From contig OZ336884.1 in the NCBI GenBank assembly GCA_965287045.1, positions 75,578,001-75,642,000 of the forward strand: a stretch of 64,000 nucleotides of DNA, written 5' to 3'. Source of the DNA: Carcharhinus amblyrhynchos (Eukaryota). The translations under genes and the position numbers were made by a program. Under the pieces are notes generated by a model. The model was not told the origin of the DNA and searched no databases. It worked only from the letters and a program-made list of their open reading frames with translations. Shown here one piece after another: positions 25,201 to 37,099 of the stretch; position 1 is the first letter of the stretch, and each line of letters starts with the position of its first letter.

Positions 25201-28200
25201 CACATCAATGCCAACATATAAAAATTGTTGGGGGATAGTCTGGCTTTATAACATACCTTGGGGGTTCTGATCTGGCACCCAACAAAAAAACTGGGGGCTC
25301 TTCTCCAAGATTAAAAACTATAATTACTTGTTTGGCTTGGGGTTACTGAACAAAGATGTTGGGTTTTTTTTAGGTGTTGCATTTGGTTAGTTTAAGTAGG
25401 GAATGTCTTGTGGAAAAATGGCTCTTTCAGTGGCTAAGGTGTTCTTTGGCGTGGAAGAGGTCACTCGGAGTAGTTTACAAAAGATGATTGAAACAGAGCT
25501 TTTGGATTTATTTAACAAACTGAAGTTGACTGTATCTAAAGGGGCAAGGAGGACAGAGATAAATTCAGTGATAGCTCAGTATTTAAAATTGCTACAAATA
25601 ATTGGACTTGGAATTGGCTAAACTTCAATTACAAATGAAACAATTACAACAAGAAAAGGAATTGAGACAGCTTGATCAAGGAAGAGAATTGAGACAGTTT
25701 AAATTGCAATTAAAACCAAAGACAGCGAAAGGTAATTGCAGCAAAAAGGGAAAAAGAGAGCGCATCTGGACTTTAGGAGCAGAAAAGCAAACTTCTTGAA
25801 ATGGTAGGAGTGCAAAAGAGTAAAACTGAACAGTACCAGCAAAAAAAAAGGCAGATTATATTGAATTGCTTCATAAATCAAGGTTTGGTTTTCAACATCA
25901 ATTTCAAGCTGAGAGATTGGAGAAGGAAGAAATCCTCAGGTGATCAAGGCAAAGGAGATCTCAGTGGAGATAGTAAGGATAGTTTACGTCAGGTTAAAAA
26001 AGAAACACGGTGGTAGAGAAATAAGAAACTTTAGATATTTTCATTATATTTAAGTTGGACACATCAAATTGCAGTGTTGGTGGCTTAAGAAAAGTACCGA
26101 GAAAAGACAGATGAAAAGCCTGTTAAATTCAAAAGGAAAACATGGTTGAAGCTTAAGAGGTGCAGAAGAATGTACCAGCTGTCCACAAGTTATTTGATAA
26201 GCAAATGCCAGATTTTAATGCTTTTATTGTGTGGGTAAGGTTACTTATGTGTACCAGGAGGAGTAGGTAAAGTTAAGATCTTGAGATATAGGAACAAGTC
26301 AATCTTTAATGGTGAAAAAGGAGGATCTATGTAGTTTGAAAGGAATATTGCCAGGAAAGTTAGAAATATGTGGAAGTAATGCTTGTGTTCCATTATGTAA
26401 GGTAAAGTTGGAGATTCTGGTGAAAAATGGTGGTTGGGGCAATAGAGAAACTCTCTTTTCTAGGGATATAGTTTACCCTGAATAATGATGTAGCTGGATC
26501 ACAGGTGGCAGTGATGCCTACTGTGGTTGAAAAGCAAGTGGAAAAAAAACAAACAACTTATGTGTTGAAGGAAGAATATCCTAATATGTTTCCCCACTAT
26601 GTGATAACAAGATCACAAAACACAGGTTGAAGCAGGAGGAGGAGGAATCAAAAAGTAAAAGAAGGTTGAGGTTCAGTTATCAGAAACAATCTTTGACGAG
26701 ATGGTTGGTAAAAAACAAGAACAGGTGGAGGATGAAGTGGATATTTTAGTTGAGGAAAACTGGCAAAAATGACAACAAAAAGATGTGGAGATAAAACTGT
26801 TATATCAGAAAGCATACACAGAAGAAAAATTTGAATGTATATGGCAGTGTTATTACATTAACAATTATCTTAATGAGGAAGTGGAGACCTTTACATATTC
26901 AGGCAGATGCAAAATGGCCAGAAGTTCAACAAGTTGTATTACCAATGGGTTATAGAAAGGAGGAGGTGTTGAGGGTAGTGCACGAGGTTTCAGTAGTAGG
27001 TAATCTACGAGCAAGGAAAACTTGAGCGAAAATACAAAATCACTTATTGGCTGGGAATGCATAAATATGTAGTAGAATTTTGTCATACATGTCAGGTAAT
27101 AGGAAAACCTCAAGCAGTAATCAAGCCAGCACCCTTTAATACCCAGTCTGGCATTTGAGAAACCTTTTACGGGGGTCCAAGTAGATTTTGTGGGGGCCTG
27201 TGCCTGAAACAAAGAATGGGAAATCAATATTTGTTTACCATTATGGACATGTTTACTAGATTTTCAGATGTCATTCAATTATGTAACAATTAGGGCTAAA
27301 AGTATTGTAGAGGAATTACCTTTTTAAGAACCACATGCAGACTACCCACAGAAATCCCATGTTATGTTGAAGTTATGGACAGCTTAGAAGTAAAGCAATT
27401 TAAATCCACTGCATATCATCCAGAATTGCAGGGAGCGTTAGAACAGGGGCATCAAAATTAAGACCATGTTGAGGCCCTATAATCGGAATTATCCAGACGA
27501 TTAGGAAAAGGAATGCCATTAGTACCTTTTACAATTAGGGATGCATCTAATGATGCAACAAAATTCAGTCTCTTTGAATTGATTTTTCATCATGAGGTAA
27601 GAGGATCACTAAAAGAAATTGGTGACTCAGCATTCTGAGATTACACTGTTGGACTTTTAGGAAGACGTTAATTAGGGCTGGTGAGTTGGCTAGATAATAT
27701 TTAAAAGTGGCACAGCATGTGGTGAAAACAGAAGCAGATAAGAGATCAAAAATTGGTAATTTTATTAGTGGACAAAAAGTCTTAGGACTATTACCATTGT
27801 TAGGGGAGCCAATAAAAGCAAGGCCTTATCAAATCAAAAGAAAACTAAGTGAGGTGATTTATTTGATAAGAACAGCAGATAGAAGAAAGACTGTGCCATG
27901 TTAATCTGCTCAAACAGTATTTTGATAGGGAAGAAAATCAGAAGGGGGATGTGTTAGCTGTTACAACTCAAACAAATCCAGATTATTGAATTTGACATTC
28001 CACAAATTAGATTGAATAATGAGGAAATAATCCAAAATTGGGATAATTCACACAATTACCTTCCAGGGAAAAATCAAAAGGACATGAAAGAGTTACTTCA
28101 ATCATTTGGAGCTATATGTGGGAACAAACTTGGAAATATTTACGTAATTGTGCATGATGTAGATAATGCTGTTCCAGTTAAGCAACACCAGTATGGACTT

Positions 28201-28226
28201 AATTCAAGTTAGCACAGGTTTAGAAG

Positions 28227-28570
28227 GAGGAGAAGTTGATGTTTGCTCAGTCTGAGAAGCAGCAACTGAAAATCTTGATCAAACACTATGAAGGGCTGGT
28301 GGATACTTACAAATCTCAGTTAATGAAGACAAGAATGGAGGCAGATGAGTGCAGTGTGAAACTGGTGAAAGCAGTTAAAGATATGCTGTGAATAAGTGAG
28401 TAGGTGTGTGGAGGCAGGTGCAAGAAAAGTTGACTGATTTGGAGCCTGTTCCTGTATTGTTGAAGTTACCTGAGCATAAACTGCAGGACTGCCAACAACA
28501 GCTCATCTATGCAAAGAAAAATGTATGTCAGTTGGCAGTCACGTGATCTCAAAATTGAGATTGATGAGCA
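28227..28570 (+). pseudogene. ODF2: Intronless ODF2/cenexin (or ODF2L)-like coiled-coil fragment
   Basis: GEKLMFAQSEKQQLKILIKHYEGLVDTYKSQLMKTRMEADE..RQVQEKLTDLEPVPVLLKLPEHKLQDCQQQL..DLKIEIDEQ aligns by eye to ODF2 EDKLNQAHLEVQQLKASVKNYEGMIDNYKSQVMKTRLEADE..RQFQSQLADLQQLPDILKITEAKLAECQDQL..DLRSRIEHQ; has stops and frameshifts; paralog not resolved. Confidence 0.8.
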
Positions 28571-29391
28571 TAAGAACATAAGAAATAGGAGCAGGAGTAG
28601 GCCATCTAGCCTCTCGAGCCTGCTCCGCCATTCAGTAAGTTCATGGCTGATCTGAAGTGGCTCAGTTCCACTTTCCCGCTTTCTCCCCATAACCCTTAAT
28701 CCCCTTGCCTACCAAAAACCTATCTACCCATGTCTTAAATATATTTAGCAAGGTAGCCTTCACTACTTCAACGGGCAGAGAATTCCAGAGATTCACCACC
28801 CTTTGAGTGAAGAAGTTCCTCCTCAACTCCATTCTAAACTGCCCCCCACCCCACCCCCCCCATCTTGAGGCTGTGCCCTCTAGTCCCGCTGTCCTTTGAG
28901 CGGGAAGAACCTCTCCACCTCTACCCTATCCATCCCCTTCATCATCTTATATGTCTCAATAAGATCCCCCCCATCCTCCTAAACTCCAACAAGTACAAGC
29001 CCAGTCTATTCAGCCTCTCTTCATAGTTCAACCCCCCTCAACTCCAGTATCAGCCTAGTGAACCTCCTCTGCACTCCCTCCAAGGCCAAAATATCCTTGC
29101 GCAAGTGCGGCGACCAAAACTGCACACAGTTCTCCAGCTGCAGCCTCACCAGTGCCCTGTACAGTTGCAGCAAGACCTCCCTGCTTTTATATTCAATCCC
29201 CCTCGCTATGAAGGCCAGCATCCCATTTGCCTTCCTGATCACCTGCTGCACCTGTAGGCTGGGTTTTTGCAACTCATGCACAAGGACGCCCAGGTCCCTC
29301 TGCACCGTAGCATGCTGCAGCTTTTTGCCCTTTAAATAGTAGTCCATCCTATTATTATTCCTGCCAAAGTGGATAACCTCACACTTGCCAA
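28569..29391 (-). mobile_element. 5'-truncated CR1 inserted into the ODF2-like fragment
   Basis: GKCEVIHFGRNN..RDLGVLV..LENCVQFWSP; (TTCTTATG)n tail; AGCA repeated at both junctions. Confidence 0.95.
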
Positions 29392-29784
29392 GCAGAGGCA
29401 TTGTATAACTGCAGACAACAGAATAGGACAATGATGTGAAGTAAGACTGTTTGATGAAACTCTAACATCATTTCCAATGAACTGTTGGGACAATGAATCT
29501 ACACAGCTTGCACAGAAAGACATCAATAGCTAAAAAACTATTGTCCATAGCTGATGTTTGAGTAAATTACAGTGGTTTTTGCAACAGCATGACTGCCACA
29601 ATGATCACAAACTAAAATTACAACAAATTCTGACACCAAAGAAGTCAATGTGATACACAACTTAAATGGAGGTATAGAGCCAATATTTTGAATCTAGATG
29701 ACCCTTTGTCAGAGCTGAACAACATTGAACCAGAAAAATATAGTTTAACTTTCACAGAGATTTTCAGAATTGGGGATTGTGTTG

Positions 29785-30375
29785 TTATTGAAAATCTGAA
29801 AGTGCAGGCCTAGGATGAAGGGAAAGAAGAAAATCCTAACATGAAGCTAAAAACTGAAGTCCCTGGAAAGAATTGAGCATGCCATTTTGCATCAAAAGGA
29901 GAGTTGGACTACCTGAGGAAGTAAGACTAGTTAGCAAGACGGGGACAGGGATAAGGTGACCCTTCTGGACGGTCTTGAGCACACATATGAAGTTGAGAAA
30001 GATGCAAGGGACAGGTTCTCTGTGACAGATTCTCTGTGACAGAAACTGTAAGTCGCTCAACCTTCCGGGAAAAGACTACTTCAGGATTTTGAAAAGTAAA
30101 AGAACTGGTTGGACTCAAAGGAAATTAAAAAGCAATGAGTGGATTGTGTCAATTTTCATTCAATCTAAAGTTTTACCCTCCAGATCTCATCTAGCTCTGA
30201 GGACATTACCAGAATTAATTTACAATCAAGACAACAGAGCTGGGCTTAGTCTTAGAAGCACAGCAGGATCAAAAACAGAAGGAGGCCTCCAAAAGAGGAT
30301 GCCGTGTGTCGAGAAAAGCAGGGAGAGAGAAGTAATCGTAAATGCTTTATCACAATTTTGAAGAAGTAAAACATT
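29785..30375 (+). pseudogene. Further degraded ODF2-like fragments (more N-terminal region)
   Basis: Frameshifted KLKSLERIE..GDRDKVTL (ODF2: IKNLERS..GDRDKESL), RLLQDFEK, KEASKRGCRV..ERS (ODF2: KESLKKAIRAQKERAEKS). Confidence 0.5.
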
Positions 30376-33300
30376 CAATTTTGGAAAACATGTAGCTGAG
30401 AATACAGGATAGTAACTGACTTTAGCTTGGAATGTGTTACTTTGAAGAGTTGATGGACCTTTTGTTTACTTTCTTCTCTTCAGATTTTAGACTAGGTATG
30501 CAGTCATGTGAGTTTTGATTAGGTTGTTTGACAGGAAGAGTCAGGTGTTTAATGAGAGGAGTTAAGCTTGGAGGAAAAAACAGTTTCATTTTTTTTAATG
30601 AAGAGCAGTTGCTGCCTGAACCTGGTAGACAGAAGAACGTCTTTTTTTTGATCTGGCACCCTATTATAAAAAGGCCTCAAATATTTCAAAGCAGCATGTT
30701 AATAACTTTCCAAATATGATACCTGCATACAATAACAATCCCACTTGAAGACATTTTAAAAATGTAATTCATAAATGTACTTGAGCACTTGAATAGTAAA
30801 TGTTTGCTTGTTATTGTATACAATTTGAGCAAACTTAGTTATAAATTTATACTGCAACAGAAATACTCATCACAAATCAAGAATGAAGATCCAGGAGAGA
30901 TATGGGAGCCCCCTAAATAATAGAGTACTGTACTAAATATGTGCTGTCTTTGGATAACTGTAGAACCACTGACAATTTTAAAAAACTCAACTGTTCAACT
31001 AACCCATCATAAATGTGACACATGCTGAACTCTTAAAACACTCAAGAGGAAAATAGCATGGACAGAAATTCCCAAGAATAACAGTAATTTACAATATTCG
31101 CTTTGCAAATTGTGACACTCGCCAATCCCTCAATAGAAGACTTCAGTGTTATTTTTCACTGATCAACTCTAAATTTATCCCTAGTTTCTTGTAATGAGCA
31201 GCTAGATGAATAAACAGTACATTTTGCATCTCATTATTTCAGCTATTAAGTGAAAGGTCTGGTATTGATCAATTTAAAAAAAAATGACTCAGCAGTGCAA
31301 CTGAATAACTTAAGAACTATTACAACATGGCTAAAGTTTGCTATTCTATGGAAATTTTGCCATTATCAACACTGCTACATTAACTTGTAGGTCATTCAAT
31401 CTAAAAACGCTGATGATGCAACAGTACATTTGTTTTGTGTGCCCACCCCCCACCAAAAAAAAAGGAAACAGACTGTTTCTAACAGCAATGCTATTTCTCC
31501 ACTGCCAACAATGTTTCATGTGTGGTAAAATCTCATTTTTCAAATGATGCTATGGTATTAGATCTAAACAAATTCCTCAAAGTTTTCACTATTCTTAATA
31601 AAGTCAGTGCAGAGCATGTATGGTCATTGATGCTAACTGTGAACTGTGTAGTTTCAAAATATATCAGGACACAAAAACAAAATTAGGCTCATAGCAGGAG
31701 CAGACCATAAATTTAAGCAATTTGCCTTCTTCCTTCCTGAAGCTTAGGCTAATGATAGTCTGCTAAACTGAAACCTTTTGAACTGACAACGATTACTGCA
31801 GAAAGACTTTTAAAACATACACAGTAGCTCCATGAATCATTAGCATTATGCTCAATTGTTCTTTCCAGGGCATACAATTTCTGAATGGCTTCCACACAGA
31901 AACAAATCTAAGTACCACAAAGTTAGTTTAAAAAAAACTCCTACAAAATAATCCTACTCTCACACGAATTTGCTTTTTTTCCATTCATAAAACCACAGCA
32001 AACAACCCAAGATTCAGATCTTGCACTATTCTTGTAAGAATAAAGACCCTGTCATGGCATTCATTTGTGTACCTGCATGTACTGTTTCTGAAATTCTGTG
32101 GGTCATTATGCAAGTAGCTACTATAACTGACCAAATATTTCAATCCTGTCATTTACAAATACAAGCATCTTAATTTTCACTTTTAAAAATAAAAGATTTG
32201 TCAAATGATTTCCCACTTGCTAAGAAAGGCCAATTATTGTTTTCCTCTCTAATTTGAAACAAAATCAAAAATTGTAAGCAGTGTAGAATAAAGACATTCG
32301 CTGGCTGACTCAAAAAAAAATCACCAAAAGAACTATGATACTTGCATTTGTACCAACAGTATTAGCAAAATCCTTAAGATACTGAACAATGAGTTAAAAG
32401 CAGAAACAAATGATAATCAGCAGGCAAGCTATTTAATATGCAGTAGCACACAAAATATTTATATTTGATATTTCAAATGTGCAAGATACATTAAAAGCAT
32501 GTGAATGTTCAGCCAAGTTTTGGTTTTCTAATACAGCATCCCTCTTTTTTTCACTGCAGTAGTGGCACTACAACTGGCATCAGTGCACTGAGGTTAAGAA
32601 GGAAAAAAAGCCATGATGTCTTGAATAAAACGACTTAGATACTCGGTGACCATCTCACACATGAAAAGTGGTCATTTGGACAAAATAATTAAGATTGGAA
32701 AACAGCTTGCTGAACCCAAAAGTCAGAGCCTTCGGGAAAAAGAAGAAAATTGGCAACATAGGAGAAAAAAAACACAATACACCTGTACGGTAAAAAGGTC
32801 AATACCCCTCAAATATTCATACAATCTAATTTATATTTTCCACACTATCCTGACAGTCCTCATCAGTCTATCTTTTTGCAATTGAGAACCATGTAAAATA
32901 GGAAAACTGGATAGTACCATAAACTTCAAGACAAAAGCTTTGAACCAGCAAGACAAATTCTCCTCTTAACGAACATTAGTAAAGTTGAAAGATTGAAAGC
33001 CATAGTGGAAATGTTTTGCCCATTAAACACACTTAAATAAAATTCACAGTCAATTTGAATTAATGAGAGACACTAATTTGTTGACTTCTGATTTGACTGC
33101 CTAGCAATCTCAATTTCTATTCCTCCCAAGTGCATTTTAAAAAATATACGGCAGCATAACCTCCAAGCCAGTAGGTTTTGTCTTCTTCTCAATCATTTCA
33201 AGGTCAGCTGTAATTCATCAGTGAATCTATCATCTCAGTCCTGTTAAATGTGCTGCATGAGAAATGAAGTCATACTCTAAGTACAGGACAACCCATCTGC

Positions 33301-33399
33301 CACGTGCTCAGGTATTAAAGTTTTAAAACAGCATGCCTAGGTCAGGAATGACTCAATTAATGTGCCCATGTAAACTAAGGAATATCTGTTTACAATTAA

Positions 33400-34340
33400 G
33401 AGTTATAGAGTCATTTACAGCACAGAAGGTGGTCACTCAGCCCATCGAGATCATGCCAGCTCTCTGTGGAACAAATCAGTTACACTGGGGAGATAGGAAC
33501 TATCCCCATAGACCTGAAAGTTTATTTCCTTCAAGTGAAATCGTTGATAAATCTCTGTTTCCACCATTCTTGTAATTAGAGTTCCAGGTCATTACCACGC
33601 ACTGCGTAAAACGTTTTTCCTCACATTCTGCTTGTATCAAAACCAAACATCTGTCCCTCTAGCCCTTGCATCATTAGCCAATGGGAAGAATTCTTCTTTG
33701 TTCTAACTTACCTAAGCCCATTAATCTTGCATACCTCTATTAAATCTCTCCTCAATTCTCTCTGCTTCAAGGAGAACACCACCAGCTTGTCAACCTTAGC
33801 AAAAGTCTCTATCCCTGGAACTATTCTGATAAGTCTCCTCTGCACCATCTCAAAGACTCTTTATTTAAGTGTGGCAACCAGAACTGGACAAAATTGTGGC
33901 CTAACCAGAGCTTTATTAATGTTCGATATAACTGTAGAAGGATCTTTTAGACCCAGAATGCTAATTCTGTTTCTGTCCATAGATGCTGCCAGGCCTGCAG
34001 AGTTTATCCAGCATATTCTGCGTTTTTTTTTCCAAGCCTAATTTCCCCGTTTTTGTACTCAATTCTTCATTTACGAAGCTTAAGACCCAGTATTAAATTC
34101 CACCTGTCATTGTCTGACTATTCTGCTAATTTAAGTATTCCCTGTTGCTGTTAATTTCTATCATTCTCCTGTATCTTATTCCAAGTTTGGTATCACTGGC
34201 ATATTTTGAAATTTCACTCTATACTCCATTTACCAAGTGATTATTGTTATAAAGGAAAAGCAGTGCTCCTAGCATGACCACTGGGGAACGCCATTCCTGA
34301 TCATCCTTCAGTCTGAAAAATAATCATTTACCATGAATGC
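33400..34340 (-). mobile_element. Old CR1 fragments interrupted by a Penelope terminal fragment (~33935-34030)
   Basis: CR1 3' UTR ATAGAGTCATTTACAGCACAGAAGGTGGTC; GVPQ-like revcomp CTGGGGAACGCC; PLE motif AGATGCTGCCAGGCCTGCAGAG. Confidence 0.65.
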
Positions 34341-35707
34341 ATTAACTTAATTCATTTTTTGACTTATTGCTACCATGAAGGAGTGGAATTGGGCCCTTTA
34401 ACTCATCTGTCATGCTGCTTTACAATGCAGAGAATTACTACCTGGGACGTGGGCACTGCTGGCTGGGACCAGCATGCATTGCTCATCCCTAATTGCCCTT
34501 GAACTAAGTAGCTTGCTAGGCCATTTCAGAGTACATCACATTGTGGGTCTGAAGTCACATGTAGGTCAGACCAAGTAGGGACAGCAGATTCCCTTCCCTG
34601 AAGGACGCTAGTGAACCAGAGGCACCACTGCTTCCCCTTATGACAAACAGGTTGCAGTGATCTTCAGCTTCATTTTTGGATCAATGTTCAAAATTTAGGT
34701 GGATGGTTATCTTTTACTCTTTGAAGACAATACATAACCCAAATATGCTTCTGCACTGAATCACATTCCAAGTGGTGTGAAGTTTCAGCACTAAAGTGGA
34801 ATTCAAATGTGAGTCACAAAAGAAAAACACCTTAAAATAAACAAATGGGTAATGATAAGTGGAAATGTCCCAGAATTGCAATGTGGATATTCCTTCACAA
34901 CTGAAGGACACTGGTGATTTATGAGTGTGACTTTAATTTGTAACTATTATATTTGATTTAGGGAATACCTGGTATTAACAATAGCTATGAAACCGACTAC
35001 AGGGCCTGCAGCATTTCATCAAAACAGAAAAGCATACTGTTGGCTTTTAAATCTCTTAATTAGAAATTTATAAAAAAATGTAGATACTGCAAAATGTGAT
35101 TTAAAAATGAGGTCTTTCAGTGCTGAAGGGGTTAAGAATCTACTTTTCATGTTTCAAAAAAAATGTACACCACTTATTTTCTTCTTTCCCCATAGGGATG
35201 TCACTATTTCTTCATTCACCAAAAGGTACCCAAAGTATTCCCAGGTTTCTGAGAGGATCACGAATTTAAAGGAATGTACAGTAGCATCGAACAGTAAAAT
35301 CTAAGCTTGAATTAGGCCCAACTTGAAATCATGGTAATACAGGAAAAGATTTCTCCAAGGTCCTAGTGCTTTCAATGTGAATTCAATGTTGTAAAAGCAA
35401 TAACAAGGCCAGCTAAAATGAATCATTTGCCACAATACATATAGCAAATCTAGCAAGCAGAAATGTGTTCTGCATGCATTTCTGAAACAAAATTGTATCC
35501 AAATGTTAATCATCTAAGAATGCCTTGCATAATGTGATATTTTCTACAGCTCATGTAAATTTATAAATACACCAGTCTCCCATAACAATTTAAAAAACTA
35601 AGTAGGCATTCAACTACAATTTTCTTATATTTTTGCAATGTTATCAGGGCTGGAATGCAAAACTCGCTAAACGATTGGCCATCTCAGTTTCGAATTTATG
35701 CTCTTAC

Positions 35708-35748
35708 CTTTTTCAAACCAATGTGAATCAGGGTTTCATCAATGAACC
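35708..35748 (-). other. Putative 41-nt 5' UTR exon
   Basis: Strong acceptor tttgctttttag|GG and donor AAG|gtaaga in repeat-free sequence. Confidence 0.6.
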
Positions 35749-37099
35749 CTAAAAAGCAAATGGGTAGAAAGTGTTTTATCTTAGTTATAATTTATTAGAG
35801 CATAATTCAAGACACAATCAGAAAATAATTAAAACTTTATTATTTGCTGTTCTGTACAATTGAAATGCACATTAAAATCTGAATTTGGATGAAATTGTCC
35901 AATTTTTGCATGCAAGATATTCATTTAACACTCTCCCTCCCCCAATAAAATCTAGTTTTGAAGTTGCTGTGTTAGGTACTAAATTAAAAACAGCAAAACA
36001 GGTTGTGACACACAATTGGATTAGTGTGGGAGGAATACCAAAAAAAAGCATGACCACATGTCAGAGCAGTTGCAGATAATAACGCCTTACATTCTGTAAG
36101 ATAAAAATCAGAATTGGATTAGCTATGGCTATCAATACAGAGGCAACCTTACAAAGTAACTGATCTTTAGTGCAAATACTATTACATTGCCCTTTTGACG
36201 CCGGGAGAAAACAACTGCTTTGAAACTACACAAATTAAATTAACCCTTTCATTATCAAATTAACAGCAGCAAAAATATGTATTGCTTTAGAAAGTTGATG
36301 TTTTTTGCACCTTTTGTTTTACGGATTTTCTAAAAATATGAAAATCGATTTTCCAATACCATATTATCAGAAGTATAGCAATACCTAAAAATGTACCACA
36401 TCTGTATTCATCTTGACAAAGTAAAGCTCCATTCAAAACTATCATTTGTCTCATGCAAAATCTGTACCACCACTCAATATCTCGAGGATGCTAGATGTAA
36501 GTATACAATAATTTCAGAACCCAAGCATAAATGCTCTGAACTAATTTTTGAACTGCAAATGAACTAAAAGTAAAAAGCTCAATGGAATGTACTCTGGTTA
36601 AGAAATTACCAAAAATTAAAATAACTGAATAGGCATATAACGGCACATTTGCTGTACTACCGTGCAATGATGATAAAGTCATACTACAAGTAGTTTCCTC
36701 AATACTTAAGGAACAAAACAGGATCTTATTTTTTTCCCTAAATTCTAGCAAGCAGCACATTCACTTCATTGTTTTAATTCTATCATTGACATAATCCACA
36801 TCTCTCCCTAGTAATTTTACAGTAATAAACTGGTTGTGCCAGTAAGTCAAATTTTTCCTAAGATTATTTCTCCAAACCTCAAAAACTCAGATCTTCTCAT
36901 TATTTTTCTGGAAAGGAGTTGAAGATACAAGGAGGGCCACCTCATTATCTCCAGTTTTAGGCCACTGAGATTAAAAGATCTTCATGTGGGAAATTTTGAA
37001 GGAAACCTACATCTTCCATTTCAGAAGAATGTCATGACTAGATGATCCTGGGCTAATTATTAACATGCTAAATATTTGTATAATATAAAAAAAAGGCTT

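Larger units (their letters stand above)
24587..30665 (+). mobile_element. Decayed Gmr1-like (Ty3/Gypsy group) LTR retrotransposon
   Basis: 5' LTR TGTG..CCCAACA (~24587-25284), PBS-Pro-like TGGGGGCTC at 25292; gag start MALSVAKVFFGVEEV; protease-like VKILRY(D)G; integrase GNLRARKT..FCHTCQVIGKP..VQVDFVG..STAYHPELQGALE; RT start PVKQHQYGLN; homologous 3' LTR remnant at ~30380-30665. Confidence 0.8.
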
